Source: Bythopirellula sp.
GTDB taxonomy: Bacteria > Planctomycetota > Planctomycetia > Pirellulales > Lacipirellulaceae
Assembly (NCBI GenBank): GCA_965216565.1
Contig: OZ244170.1
Coordinates: 3,168,001 to 3,232,000 of the forward strand
Direction of reading: 5' to 3'
DNA: 64,000 nucleotides
Positions within the stretch are counted from its first letter, which is position 1. Each line of letters opens with the position of its first letter. Of the stretch, positions 20,067 to 30,600 are shown piece after piece. Position numbers and translations under genes: made by a program. The notes beneath the pieces were generated by a model, which saw nothing but the letters and a program-made list of their open reading frames with translations, had not been told where the DNA came from and searched no databases.

Positions 20067-20372
20067 ATGCGACGGTTCTCTAGCTTTCTCATGGGTATGG
20101 TCTTTGGCGCTGGAATGCTCTACTTCCTGATGATCTATCACATCGTGCACGCCGCAGACGGGCACCATTTGATCCCAAAAATTGATTCGCAGCTTCCCGA
20201 TACCTACGTCGATATCCGCGAATTCACATTTAAGGATTGGGCCGATCATTCCGATTTGGCCGCTGCGCTGATCAAAGCGGATCGGGGCGACCTAGTCGAA
20301 GGTGCTGCTTCTGGTGCTCTCCAGAGGGGCATTGACAATCTACTTGGTGGTAGAGAATCACAAGTGCAATAA
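20067..20372 (+). CDS. Hypothetical protein with N-terminal membrane anchor
   Basis: 101-aa ORF with a hydrophobic N-terminus and YVDIR.....W..H motif; fills a gap in a run of + strand genes. Confidence 0.7.
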   Translation: MRRFSSFLMGMVFGAGMLYFLMIYHIVHAADGHHLIPKIDSQLPDTYVDIREFTFKDWADHSDLAAALIKADRGDLVEGAASGALQRGIDNLLGGRESQVQ

Positions 20373-20623
20373 GCACAACCCAAATAGCTTCGCGCCTTCG
20401 CCCGCATACGACGGGCAGTCAATAGGCCCCTTCTTAACCGACGCAATGCTACGACCCGAACAATTCTTACGGCCCGCGGCCGTTTGAAGTCGTCGGCTCC
20501 GTTATCACGATAAATCACTATGGACGAGTGAGCGATGCCGCGCCCTCTGTAGAGCGTAGCTAGCCAAACCAGCATTCGTGCTGGTCGACATTACTCAATG
20601 CCTCTGACGGTTAAGGTGATGAC

Positions 20624-20905
20624 GTGGAATTCAATCGCAATCAATATTTCTTCCTCGGCATAGTGATCTTGCTATTTGGAATTCAAGTACGCAATGTAAG
20701 TGCCTATGTACTGACTCCCGAGGCGACCCAATTCTTGGCGGAGAACACTGGTTCATCGGATAATACCATGATGTCGTTCTCTCAAAGCATGGGGGCAACC
20801 CCTCGCAAGGTATTCCATCCTCCTGAGTGGCTCGGCTGGTGCCTGATGTCTGTCGGCGCAGTGCTTGTGCTGCACAGCTTGGCTATGCCGAAACCAGGCG
20901 GCTAG
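20624..20905 (+). CDS. Small two-TM hypothetical membrane protein
   Basis: AAGGTG RBS and GTG start; two hydrophobic segments; PPEWLGW motif. Confidence 0.7.
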   Translation: MEFNRNQYFFLGIVILLFGIQVRNVSAYVLTPEATQFLAENTGSSDNTMMSFSQSMGATPRKVFHPPEWLGWCLMSVGAVLVLHSLAMPKPGG

Positions 20906-20954
20906 TTCTGCTTACACATTTACATCTACAGCATTCAATACTGTGCTTAAAGAA

Positions 20955-21449
20955 ATGGCTAATCAAATGTTGCGTAAATACTTCCATTGGGTTGAGGGAC
21001 TAATTGTGGCCGCGCTGATGTGCGCGATTACCTGGATGAACAGTCCCGTCTCGGCTTTGGACAGTTTTGCCGGCAGCAATCCGTACGACGCACGGCTTAA
21101 TACAGGGTCTGGTACTAACAAAGGGAAGCAGGACGAGGATCAAAAGCGGATCCGCGAAGGCACGGAAGTCGTAGGGCGATCTGGCCACTTTCGCCAAGAT
21201 GGCGATGGAGCAATTTTCGTCACCGATGATGGCTACGAACTGGGCGGGTTGCCCAATCTCAATCTTGAACGCATTGTCCGCACTCTTAAAACGGCGGACG
21301 ACAGCAGCACCATCCGCTGGCGTGTTAGCGGCAATATCACAGAGTTCTCGGGGCGCAACTACCTGTTCATCACACGAGCTGTCTACAAGGCAAAAACGCC
21401 ACCCCCAGTGCCGGCTCAGCTCTCTGCGGAATCCTCGGCGGACAAGTAA
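20955..21449 (+). CDS. Exported hypothetical protein
   Basis: Signal-like N-terminus; IREGT, LPNLNLERI and WRVSG.ITEF.GRNYL. Start approximate. Confidence 0.65.
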   Translation: MANQMLRKYFHWVEGLIVAALMCAITWMNSPVSALDSFAGSNPYDARLNTGSGTNKGKQDEDQKRIREGTEVVGRSGHFRQDGDGAIFVTDDGYELGGLPNLNLERIVRTLKTADDSSTIRWRVSGNITEFSGRNYLFITRAVYKAKTPPPVPAQLSAESSADK

Positions 21450-21620
21450 GCATCTAGTCAGGTCGGGCACACACTCCTCAGAAAGTAGTCTCGGCTTGAC
21501 ACTCACACGTGCAGTGATAGGATCGACCTGGGCAGATTCCTTCCAGGCAAACCCGCCGATTGGGTTCTCCCTTCTTCCTATTGATTTTCCACTTACCTTT
21601 CCGTGTTACGGGATTCGACT

Positions 21621-21974
21621 ATGAGCTCTTACCAACGCATTGAGGTTAGCGAATCGAGCAATGTTTCGGTGGTTCGCTTTAAGGACCAGAAGATTATCGA
21701 TCCTCAGGCAATTCAGGAATTGGGCCAAGAGCTATTCGACCTGGTGGAGAAAGAAGATCGTAAAAAAATCGTCGTCAATTTTGCCAATGTGGAGTTTTTG
21801 TCGAGTGCCGCTTTGGGCAAACTGATCACCTTCGAGAAACTCACCAAACGGCTCAAGGCTGACTTGATCCTGACAAACATTGCGCCGGAGATTTTTCAAG
21901 TATTCGCGATCACAAATTTAGATAAGCTTTTCCAAATCAAAGACAACGAATCTGACGCCCTGGCAGTGCTTTAG
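21621..21974 (+). CDS. STAS domain anti-sigma factor antagonist
   Basis: VVNFANVEFLSSAALGKLI (phospho-Ser motif) and F.ITNLDKLF.I. Confidence 0.92.
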   Translation: MSSYQRIEVSESSNVSVVRFKDQKIIDPQAIQELGQELFDLVEKEDRKKIVVNFANVEFLSSAALGKLITFEKLTKRLKADLILTNIAPEIFQVFAITNLDKLFQIKDNESDALAVL

Positions 21975-22246
21975 AAGAGCATGCTCGACACAGGCGTTGT
22001 TGCGTGGGAAGTGGATTTCTCATGCCAACTAACTAGAATGAAACTGTATCAGCGGCAAGATCGGCGGCTGTTCCATTGACCCCGCATGGATTTCATCGCA
22101 CTCGACAAGTAACCCGGAGTGGTGAGTGATCTGGGTCAAGTCGAAATCACGAGAGGCGATTCAATAGGATCTCCATCTCGCAACTTTGCTCCGCGTCTAG
22201 CAAGGTCAGATAGCGGGAGCGGGAATCGCACAATTCGAGCACTGGC

Positions 22247-22666
22247 ATGACTACCTCCGATCAACCTCTTACCTTAACGTGCGATTTACCCAGCACGCTG
22301 ACGGCCTATCACGACTTTGTACAGGAAGTGCTCACTAGTCTGCAGGAATTCGGTTGGCCCGAAAAAGAGTTGTTTGGTGTCCACATGGCACTGGAAGAAT
22401 CGATCAGCAACGCCATCCGCCACGGCAACAAAGAAGACCCCAACAAGATGGTGCATGTTGAGTGCCAGCTCGATGCCAACCGATTCTTTGCTGAAATTCG
22501 AGACGAGGGCGAAGGCTACGAGCCCGGTACCGTCCCCGACTGCTGTTCGCCGGACCGGCTGGAAGTCCCGGGTGGCAGAGGGTTGAAACTGATCCGGGCC
22601 TACATGGACACGGTGGAACTGGAAGACTGTGGCCGCTGCCTGAAGATGGAAAAACGGCTGAAATAG
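22247..22666 (+). CDS. RsbW-like anti-sigma factor / serine kinase (HATPase)
   Basis: ALEESISNAIRHGN, IRDEGEGY and GGRGL.LI..YMD. Confidence 0.9.
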   Translation: MTTSDQPLTLTCDLPSTLTAYHDFVQEVLTSLQEFGWPEKELFGVHMALEESISNAIRHGNKEDPNKMVHVECQLDANRFFAEIRDEGEGYEPGTVPDCCSPDRLEVPGGRGLKLIRAYMDTVELEDCGRCLKMEKRLK

Positions 22667-22743
22667 CTGTCGCAAATCGTCCCTTGCCGCTGCCCGTAGC
22701 GTTAGATACGATGGAACGTTCCGCCAACACTTCTGGTGCTTAT

Positions 22744-22816
22744 TCCTCGGTAGCTCAGTTGGTAGAGCAAGCGGCTGTTAACCGCTGGGTCGTAGGTTCG
22801 AGTCCTACCCGAGGAG
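22744..22816 (+). tRNA. trnN: tRNA-Asn (GTT), CCA not encoded
   Basis: Acceptor stem TCCTCGG/CCGAGGA plus G; D-arm TAGCTCAGTTGGTAGAGC; anticodon arm AGCGG-CTGTTAA-CCGCT; T-arm GTAGG-TTCGAGT-CCTAC. Confidence 0.97.
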
Positions 22817-22817
22817 C

Positions 22818-23056
22818 TTGAGTTTCTTCGTCTATATTCTGCAATCGAAGCGTCTCGGCGTCGCGATATCGGTCAAACAAAGAATCTACAGCGTCGCTTG
22901 ACTGAGCATAGTGCCCAAAGCAATAGTGCCAGTCGCTTCACGGCCAAGTATTCGGGCAGTTGGAATCTAGTCCACCATGAGCCGTACACCACACACTCCA
23001 AGGCCATACGACGGCAAAACTCTTTGAAAAAGGGGCGTAGTTCGAGTACGAGCTAA
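22818..23056 (+). pseudogene. Frameshifted small GIY-YIG nuclease gene
   Basis: Frame A gives LSFFVYILQS. After a frameshift near 22846, frame B gives EASRRRDIGQTKNLQRRLTEH...SRFTAKYSGSWNLVHHEPYTTHSKAIRRQNSLKKG*. Confidence 0.8.
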
Positions 23057-23085
23057 TCAGCAAATTGGTCGAGCAAGTGAGTAGG

Positions 23086-24840
23086 ATGACACCAGGCACC
23101 AACCAATTCAAAAGCCCCGCGTTGTGGATCTTTCTCGTCACCCTGGCAGTTGCAGTGTTTGTAGGGCAGCGGGTACCGCCAACTTGGATCGTTGGAAAAG
23201 TCGCGCTCGATGTCGAAACGGAAGACGGTGGCGACCCGTTTGTCTTGTTCCAGGGAGAACAGCGCGCCGTAGACACCGCGATTCCGCTTGCGGACTCGCC
23301 ACTGACAGTTGCCAAACTGAACGCGGCTGAAGATAGTCCCGAAGCAGCCGATCAGCTCGTCTTCGAAACCTTCGACAATGGCAACGGCGAAGAACGCCAC
23401 TATTTCCATCAATCGGCCCAACGACATTGGGGAATTTGGTCCTTCCTACCTGCCCTCATCGCGATACTACTTTGTTGGATCACCAGGGAGCCGATCTCCT
23501 CGCTCGCCGCCGGCATTGTGGTCGGTGCGGCACTGATTGGACAATTCAATGTGCTGGACGGCGTTCTAATCCCCTCCATTGGTACGCCCTCAGCGGCAAC
23601 AATTCTGATTCTGTACCTTTGGTTACTCGGCGGACTCATGGGCATCTGGGCCAAGACGGGTGCTTCGGAGGCATTTGCCGACTACATGTCAGCACGCTTT
23701 GTGCGTGGCCCCCGCTCTGCCAAGCTTGTGGCTTGGTTGCTGGGAGTGATCTTTTTTCAGGGTGGAACGATTAGTGCCGTGCTCGTGGGAACAACGGTTC
23801 GCCCCCTGGCAGATGAAGAAAGAGTGTCGCACGAGGAGCTATCGCTGATTGTCGACTCCACTTCTTCGCCCATCGCGATTCTTATGGCATTCAATGCCTG
23901 GCCAATATACGTGCAGGGATTCATGGGAGTGGCGGGAGTCTCGTATCTAGCAACTAAGTCGGACCGCATCACATTTTTCTTTCAGAGTATTCCGTATAGC
24001 TTCTATGCAATGTTCGCGGTGCTATCGACGTTTCTGATCGCAATCGATAAGCACCCGACCTTGCCAAAAAAACTAAAAGCGGCCCGCAAGCGTGCCCGCG
24101 AGACGGGCGAGCTAAACGCACCAGGCGCGGAACCACTAGCCAACGACGATCCCGGTTACGATTTTGTGCCTGCTGGTTACACACCCAATGTGCTCGAATT
24201 CCTGTTGCCCCTGGCGACGCTACTGGGCGTAGCGATTGGTACCTACGTCGCCTTCGATTCGCCGGAAGTACTGTGGGCATTCGGAGCCGCGATGATGTTG
24301 GCCGCCGTGATAGCCTGGATCAAGGGCTTGAGCCTCCGACAAATCGTCGAGGCAATTCTCGACGGCCAGAAGGGCGTTATCTTGGGTAGCGTTATCTTGC
24401 TGCTGGCCATCACCATTGGCAAGCTCTCGCAGGACGTCGGCGGTGGGCCGTACTTGGTGTCGCTATTGGGTGGACTGCAATGGCATTGGGTATTGCCGGC
24501 CATGGCTTTCTTGATTGCCGTGGTGATCGCCTTTTCCACGGGCAGCAGTTGGGCCACCTTCGCCGTGACGCTACCACTGGTGATGCCCTTGGCCCACGCA
24601 GTGGCAACCAATCAGGGCCTCGCCCATCCGGAACTATTCATGACCATCTGCTTTGCCGCGAGCATCAACGGCGGCGTGTTCGGCGATCAATGCTCGCCCA
24701 TTTCCGACACGACAATTCTCAGCTCGATGTGTACCGGGGCCGACCTGATGGCACATGTCACCACGCAAATTCCCGTCGCCGTACAAGCCGCATTACTCGC
24801 CGTCGCGGGCTGGACGATCATTGCGTTAGTGAGTGTCTAG
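23086..24840 (+). CDS. Na+/H+ antiporter NhaC family protein
   Basis: WSFLPAL.AI.L..ITRE, VSHEEL..IVDST.SP, AFSTGSSWATF and GGVFGDQCSPISDTTILSS...GADLM.HV.TQ.P. Confidence 0.88.
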   Translation: MTPGTNQFKSPALWIFLVTLAVAVFVGQRVPPTWIVGKVALDVETEDGGDPFVLFQGEQRAVDTAIPLADSPLTVAKLNAAEDSPEAADQLVFETFDNGNGEERHYFHQSAQRHWGIWSFLPALIAILLCWITREPISSLAAGIVVGAALIGQFNVLDGVLIPSIGTPSAATILILYLWLLGGLMGIWAKTGASEAFADYMSARFVRGPRSAKLVAWLLGVIFFQGGTISAVLVGTTVRPLADEERVSHEELSLIVDSTSSPIAILMAFNAWPIYVQGFMGVAGVSYLATKSDRITFFFQSIPYSFYAMFAVLSTFLIAIDKHPTLPKKLKAARKRARETGELNAPGAEPLANDDPGYDFVPAGYTPNVLEFLLPLATLLGVAIGTYVAFDSPEVLWAFGAAMMLAAVIAWIKGLSLRQIVEAILDGQKGVILGSVILLLAITIGKLSQDVGGGPYLVSLLGGLQWHWVLPAMAFLIAVVIAFSTGSSWATFAVTLPLVMPLAHAVATNQGLAHPELFMTICFAASINGGVFGDQCSPISDTTILSSMCTGADLMAHVTTQIPVAVQAALLAVAGWTIIALVSV

Positions 24841-25144
24841 GCTCCGCACAATTGCGACGTCATTTTCGAGAATACAGTTGTAGCCTTTTCAAATCGAAAC
24901 GAGTTAGCTTGAGTGTCAGTGGGTTTGGCATACTGTCTGATGCAGAACCCTGCCGCGGAATCAGGAAACATTTCTCGGCAAACATCCGCCCGACTGTGCG
25001 TTTAGTCCGATGCCCCTCTGAGCTCTCGGTTGGTTCGATCATCATGATTCCGCAATACTCTCACGAATTTTCATACGATTGTTGCCCTGAGCTCGCGGGC
25101 TTGTGATCGGCCACAAACGGTGGCCAATCTGCTATAAAGGAAGA

Positions 25145-26362
25145 ATGCCACAAGAACCTACCCCAGAAGTACCGCAAGCGCTTGCAGTGAAGCGGATATT
25201 TTATCCGCCCAAGGGCGGAATTGTTCTGCTGCTCGCCTTCATTGCCTATGCAATGATCAGCACCCGCGGTGAGAATTCGGCTTCGGTCATTAAGACGATG
25301 TCATTCAATATCCGAGCTGATTTTAATTTCGGCGCTCCTTCGAATGATGACAATGCCTGGATCTCGAATTCAGGCAATCATCGTCGAGATTTGGCGACGA
25401 CGGTCATCAGTGAGCACGGGCCAGACATACTAGGCGTACAGGAAGCATTCAATCATCAGGTGAACGACCTTACCGCAGCTCTGCCGGAATATGATTTCTA
25501 TGGGGTTGGCCGCAACGATGGGGCAACAGCGGGTGAGTACAGTGGTATTTTCTACCGGGACAACCGCTTCACGAGAACCAACCAAGGGACGTTTTGGCTA
25601 AGCCTGACTCCCGATACGCCAAGTGTATATCAAGGGGCAACGTTTCGGATCGCTTCCTGGGTAATACTACAGGATAGCGAAGCGGACAACCGAGAGTATG
25701 TGGTGCTCAACTCGCACTGGGCCCAAGGTCATGCGGGCACACGAGCTCGCAACTACTCTGCTGGTCTAGTCCGTGAACGTCTCGAAACGATTGCTGGCGA
25801 CCGGCCTATCATTGTCATGGGCGATCTTAATCTGTTTGAGCCTCAAGTGGCGTACGATAGAATTACCAGCCAAAACGATCCCAATGGATTCCAACTACTA
25901 GATAGCTATCGAGAAATCTATCCCACCCAAGGTCCCAACGAAAGAACCAACCACGGGTATATCGGGCACATCGACGGCAAACGGATCGACTACATTCTGC
26001 ACACCGACGGATTCCAAGCAGCAGCGGCAGACATCGTACATACCAATTACAACGGCAGTTTTCCTTCGGACCACTATCCGATTACCTCGACATTGGTTCT
26101 AAATCCTGAGGGCGATTTCGACGCAGACGGAGACGTTGATGGTATCGACTTCTTAGCCTGGCAAATCGATGCTTCATCCAATCCCCAAAGCAGTTCAGAC
26201 CTTGCTATATGGGAAAGCAACTATGGCGCAATTTCTAGCCTGGTGAGTTCCGCCCTGGCATCAGTTCCGGAACCTTGCGCGGGCATACTACTAACCATGG
26301 GAGTCGGGACTCTTCTCTTGCGTGGTAGTGCACACAACAGAATTTGCAAGGATTGCCTCTAG
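25145..26362 (+). CDS. Endonuclease/exonuclease/phosphatase (EEP) family protein with dockerin-like module and PEP-CTERM tail
   Basis: MSFNIR, DILGVQE, VMGDLN, RIDYI and PSDHYPI; then GDFDADGDVDGIDFLAWQ; then VPEP, a hydrophobic stretch and basic residues. Confidence 0.88.
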   Translation: MPQEPTPEVPQALAVKRIFYPPKGGIVLLLAFIAYAMISTRGENSASVIKTMSFNIRADFNFGAPSNDDNAWISNSGNHRRDLATTVISEHGPDILGVQEAFNHQVNDLTAALPEYDFYGVGRNDGATAGEYSGIFYRDNRFTRTNQGTFWLSLTPDTPSVYQGATFRIASWVILQDSEADNREYVVLNSHWAQGHAGTRARNYSAGLVRERLETIAGDRPIIVMGDLNLFEPQVAYDRITSQNDPNGFQLLDSYREIYPTQGPNERTNHGYIGHIDGKRIDYILHTDGFQAAAADIVHTNYNGSFPSDHYPITSTLVLNPEGDFDADGDVDGIDFLAWQIDASSNPQSSSDLAIWESNYGAISSLVSSALASVPEPCAGILLTMGVGTLLLRGSAHNRICKDCL

Positions 26363-26567
26363 TAATTAACTCCTAGATGTTCGCTGCCTACCGTACGACT
26401 TGTAGTGCAATCACACTAGTGGGAGTGGCATCCGTCACGGAAATTTGGCGAATCGCTATCGCGCTACTTGAGTCCTCTTGGCTGACAAGTATATTCCAGC
26501 TTGATCACGTTTGATCGAGCGAAATGCATTTACAAAGTCGGCGAAATTTAATTGACTGGCGCTGCCC

Positions 26568-27305
26568 ATGAAGGGAAGACTGAACCACAATCGGTTCGAA
26601 TCGGGCCTGACAAACTCTGCAAGTGACTCTCGCGTCCTGCCAATGCTCTATCAAAGTTTTTGTCATGCTTCAGAAAGCAGGAGAGATATTTGGGAGTTCT
26701 CGGTCGACATGAGTGACTTTCGTGCCTTCAACGTTTCGAAGCAAGAATTGAGACGGCTCTTAAGCCACGGGTACATCGCTCACGCACAGGAGATATCTAA
26801 GCTTGGCGAGAGCGGCAGAAAGTTTATCGCAATTCGCAGCCTTTCGATCCCCGAGGGATCTTGTTTTGTGTTGACCAAGAAAGGCCTGGAGCAAGTGAAG
26901 GCCGCCAAGACTGCTTCCGGCAGCAGTCGAGAGAATTGTCCAAGCTTACGATTACCACACTATTCGTTGCAAAGTGGACCTTCTCCAGACGATCTACCTC
27001 AGCTTGCCATTCCTAGTTGGAATCAAGAATTAAAGGAATTGCACGTGGCAGGACAACTTGTAAAAAGATTCCACCGCCCGGCAAGAAATCAGGAGACCAT
27101 CTTGTCGGCCTTTCAGAAAAGTGATTGGGAACGACGCATTGCAGACCCTTTGCCTGTCGAAGAAGAGCGACTTGAGCAGACTGCGACGCGGCGACTGCAA
27201 GATGCCATTCGGTCACTTAATCGTCATCAGGCCAACAACCTGCTTGTGTTTCGAGGCGACGGCAGTGGCACGGGCATTATTTGGGAGTCCCGGGAAATTG
27301 CATAA
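26568..27305 (+). CDS. Hypothetical protein, possible DNA-binding regulator
   Basis: 245 aa, basic and soluble. Winged-helix-like LRRLLSHGYI...FVLTKKG; C-terminal PSW...EL...G.LVKRF..PA.NQE.IL.AF...RRL.DAIRSLN...FRGDG.G.GI.W. Confidence 0.6.
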   Translation: MKGRLNHNRFESGLTNSASDSRVLPMLYQSFCHASESRRDIWEFSVDMSDFRAFNVSKQELRRLLSHGYIAHAQEISKLGESGRKFIAIRSLSIPEGSCFVLTKKGLEQVKAAKTASGSSRENCPSLRLPHYSLQSGPSPDDLPQLAIPSWNQELKELHVAGQLVKRFHRPARNQETILSAFQKSDWERRIADPLPVEEERLEQTATRRLQDAIRSLNRHQANNLLVFRGDGSGTGIIWESREIA

Positions 27306-27697
27306 GCTCGCCTGCTGACCCGCCCTTCCTCTCCCAGCAACTTCGTATCGAGCGATACTCGACGCCAGAAATATTCTGCGCTTTTGCATAACTGTTGTGA
27401 CGATCCCCGGTAGGATACCGGGCTCTCACCGCGGAGCTAGCCACATAGGTGGTCAGCCTCAAAGCCGGGGGAATCACAAGAACAACTTATTGCTTCGAAT
27501 TAAGTCCGGCTCAACCAGGTTGATCTCCGGGTTCTATCTTCCGCCGGACGTCATGGCATCGCCCGTTTGAGAGCGTCTTACTATTTGCGACATTCTGATC
27601 GCCAATATCGGCCGGCTACGGATTCTGCTTACTACCTAGCACAAGACGAAGCCGCGCCGAGTCTATCCATTGTATTCGTAAATCCTGGGGCTCAACG

Positions 27698-30600
27698 ATG
27701 CGCCATTTCCCTTCGTGCTGGAACAAAACCCTCGCCCAACTTGGCTTCCGAAGAACTCGACGAAATGTGAAGCGCAAGCGGAACGAATTCAAGCGTTCTT
27801 CACGAATCGAGAGCTTAGAAGCCCGGCAAATGCTCACTGCCAACTTTGACTACTTGGTTGACACGTTGATCGATGAACTCGATCAGAGTACGAGCGATGG
27901 TGATGTATCTCTTCGCGATGCACTCTATGCGGCCGCGAATGACAATGAGAATGACGTTGATATCATCGCCTTCGCTCCCCACTTGGCTGGTGGCACGATC
28001 GAACTCGACGGTGAGCTGAACGAATTGTTGATCGAAAGTGACGTACACATTGTTGGACTCGGCGCGGGACTACTGACGATCGACGCTTCCGGCAAGGCGA
28101 CGGATCACCAGCGTGCGTTCTCCGTTGCCTCGGGTAGTTCGGTAGCGATTAGCAATCTCACCGTCACAGGCGGTTACGAAGTTCTGGGCGGCGCAATCTA
28201 CGCTGCAGAGGCCAACGTCACTCTGTCGGACGTATCGCTTACTGGAAATTTCAGCACAGACTCCGGCGGAGCAATTGCTGCCGTGAATAGCACTCTCGTC
28301 TTACAAGACAGCAGTGTCATTGGCAACGAATCCGCAGGATCAACGGGCGGCATCTTCTTCAATTACAACTCTAATTCATTGAGCAACGAAAGCTTGCTAA
28401 TCGATAGCAGCACCATCGAGGGCAACATCTCGGCAGGTGCCGCAGGCGGCGTGAGACTTCACAGCAGCGGCGGGTCCACGGGAAGCCCTCGCAATGTGCA
28501 GATTCTCGATTCACGTCTGTCGCACAATCAGGCGCAAACACAAGGCGGAGCGATTTTCGCTAATTCAGGTTTCGACTTTTTAATCGACCAATCTACGGTT
28601 GTCGACAACCAGGCACTCACTAGCCATGGTGGCGGAATCTATGTGGATGGATCAGATGCGACAATTGCCGACTCACAGATTTCGGCTAATCAGGCTGCCG
28701 CAGGATCGGGGGGCGGCATCTACGGGAAGAACTCCGGTTCGTTTGAGATCACCTCGAGTACCGTCTCAAAGAATGTGGCGCTCGTCGGCGCCGGGATCTA
28801 TAAAGTCCTTGAGGGCGACGATTACTTCCACGTGACTGGCAGCTCAATTCTCTCCAACCGAGCTGAACACGATTCGCTCGCTACCTCGGCAGCAGGCATT
28901 TACGTCGATGGCGGTTCGTCGACAGGCAATAGTCGTGAGTTCTCGCTAGTGAATTCCACAGTGGCACTCAACCTGAGCCGAGCGACGTCTGCCACCTCCA
29001 CCGTCGACAATACCGTCGGAGCCATCACACTCAATAACATCGCTGTCGCCACGATCAAGAACTCGACCATCTCTAGTAATTCTGCGGAGGACTTTGACGG
29101 GGCAATCCGAATTGCAAATTCCGGGACGGTGACGCTCGTGAACACAACAATCACCGCGAACGAGAGCCTGGGAGACACTTGGGGAGCAATTCATAGCATC
29201 AATTCGACGGTAGTCGCCCATAACACAATTGTGGCAGATAATTCGTCGAATGGTCCGAATGGCGATGTCGATCTTTCCGATCTACGCGCTGATAGTTCTC
29301 ACAATATCTTTGGCAAGAACGTTGGCGATCTCTCAGCCCTCCATGGAGATGGCAACCTCAAACTTCATTCAATTCCAGAACTCGGCCCTTCAGATCTCGG
29401 TCTATCGGAACTCGGCGACCATGGTGGTCCAACCTGGACCCATGTGCCGCTACCTGGGTCACCAGCAATCGATGCCGGTGACTGGCTTCTCGCTCGCGAC
29501 GCATATGGGTTGCTTGGCGATCAGCGAGGATTCGTTCGCTTAGCAGAGGTAGGCATCGACATTGGTTCCGCCGAGCTTACTTGGTCTATCTTCGACAACG
29601 CAGATTTTAATGGCGATGGGCGAATGGATGAGATGCGATACGACACAACCACAGGGAACCTGTCTGTCCTGTCTAAAACAACTGAGAGCCACTGGGTCGG
29701 TTCTTGGGGGGTACTAGATCCTACGAAGCAGTGGACTGGTGCCACCGCCGGAGATTTCAACGGGGACGGCCGTGACGACTTCCTGGTCCAAGAATCTATC
29801 TCCGGAGAATGGACAATTGCGCTATCCGAAGGCTCACACTTTCTGGTCCAGGCGCTGAACTTGTCGACGAATTGGAACGCGCAGCGGCTATTCGTCGGCG
29901 ACTTCGATGGCGACGGTGCCGATGAACTGCTTGGTCGCGCAACGGAGAATTCCAACTGGGGTCTGCTCGATTACGATGATCCGTCAGGCGCGACGATCAA
30001 CCTCAACGTCGGTGCATCGCTCCAGAACTCGACGTTTCTCGGCAACATCTTCGTCGGTGATGCCAACCAAGACGGACACGACGATCTGATTGCCAGTGTT
30101 AGTCCAACCGATGCCGCTTCGACAGCAGACAATAGCATCGATTGGGAAGTGAGTCTCTCGCTCATTGACACCAACGACAATGTCGATCTCCAGAGCGAGC
30201 AGAATTGGAACGACTGGTTCGATGCCCACTTCGACAATCAAACTGGTATCCAAAAGATTGATGCCGACGCTGCGTACCGAGACATCGTTGCGATCTTTGC
30301 CAATGCCTACAACACGCTGGAACTCGAACTCTACCCCGGCTTGATGAAAGGCCCGGAAGCCACGGACCTAACTCTAGCAGGAAACCCTTGGGATCAGGCA
30401 GCTCTACTAGTCCAGAATTTCGAACAGGCAGGGATTAGTGCCAGAATCGTGACCGGTCAGATTGATGTAAAAGCAGAGGAGCTCGAAGCGTGGCTTGGCG
30501 TTAGCACTACGGGTGCTGCATATAGTGCGATTGCTAGTGCGCTGGACGCAGGCGCAATGCCGCTCGACGCTGCCGGGAACGATCTGCGAGATCCTAATAA

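Noticed and set aside
21975..22246. Possible structured RNA between the STAS and RsbW-like genes (TTGACCC/GGGTCAA)
   Set aside because: Only short stems, as expected by chance at this GC content, and no known consensus.
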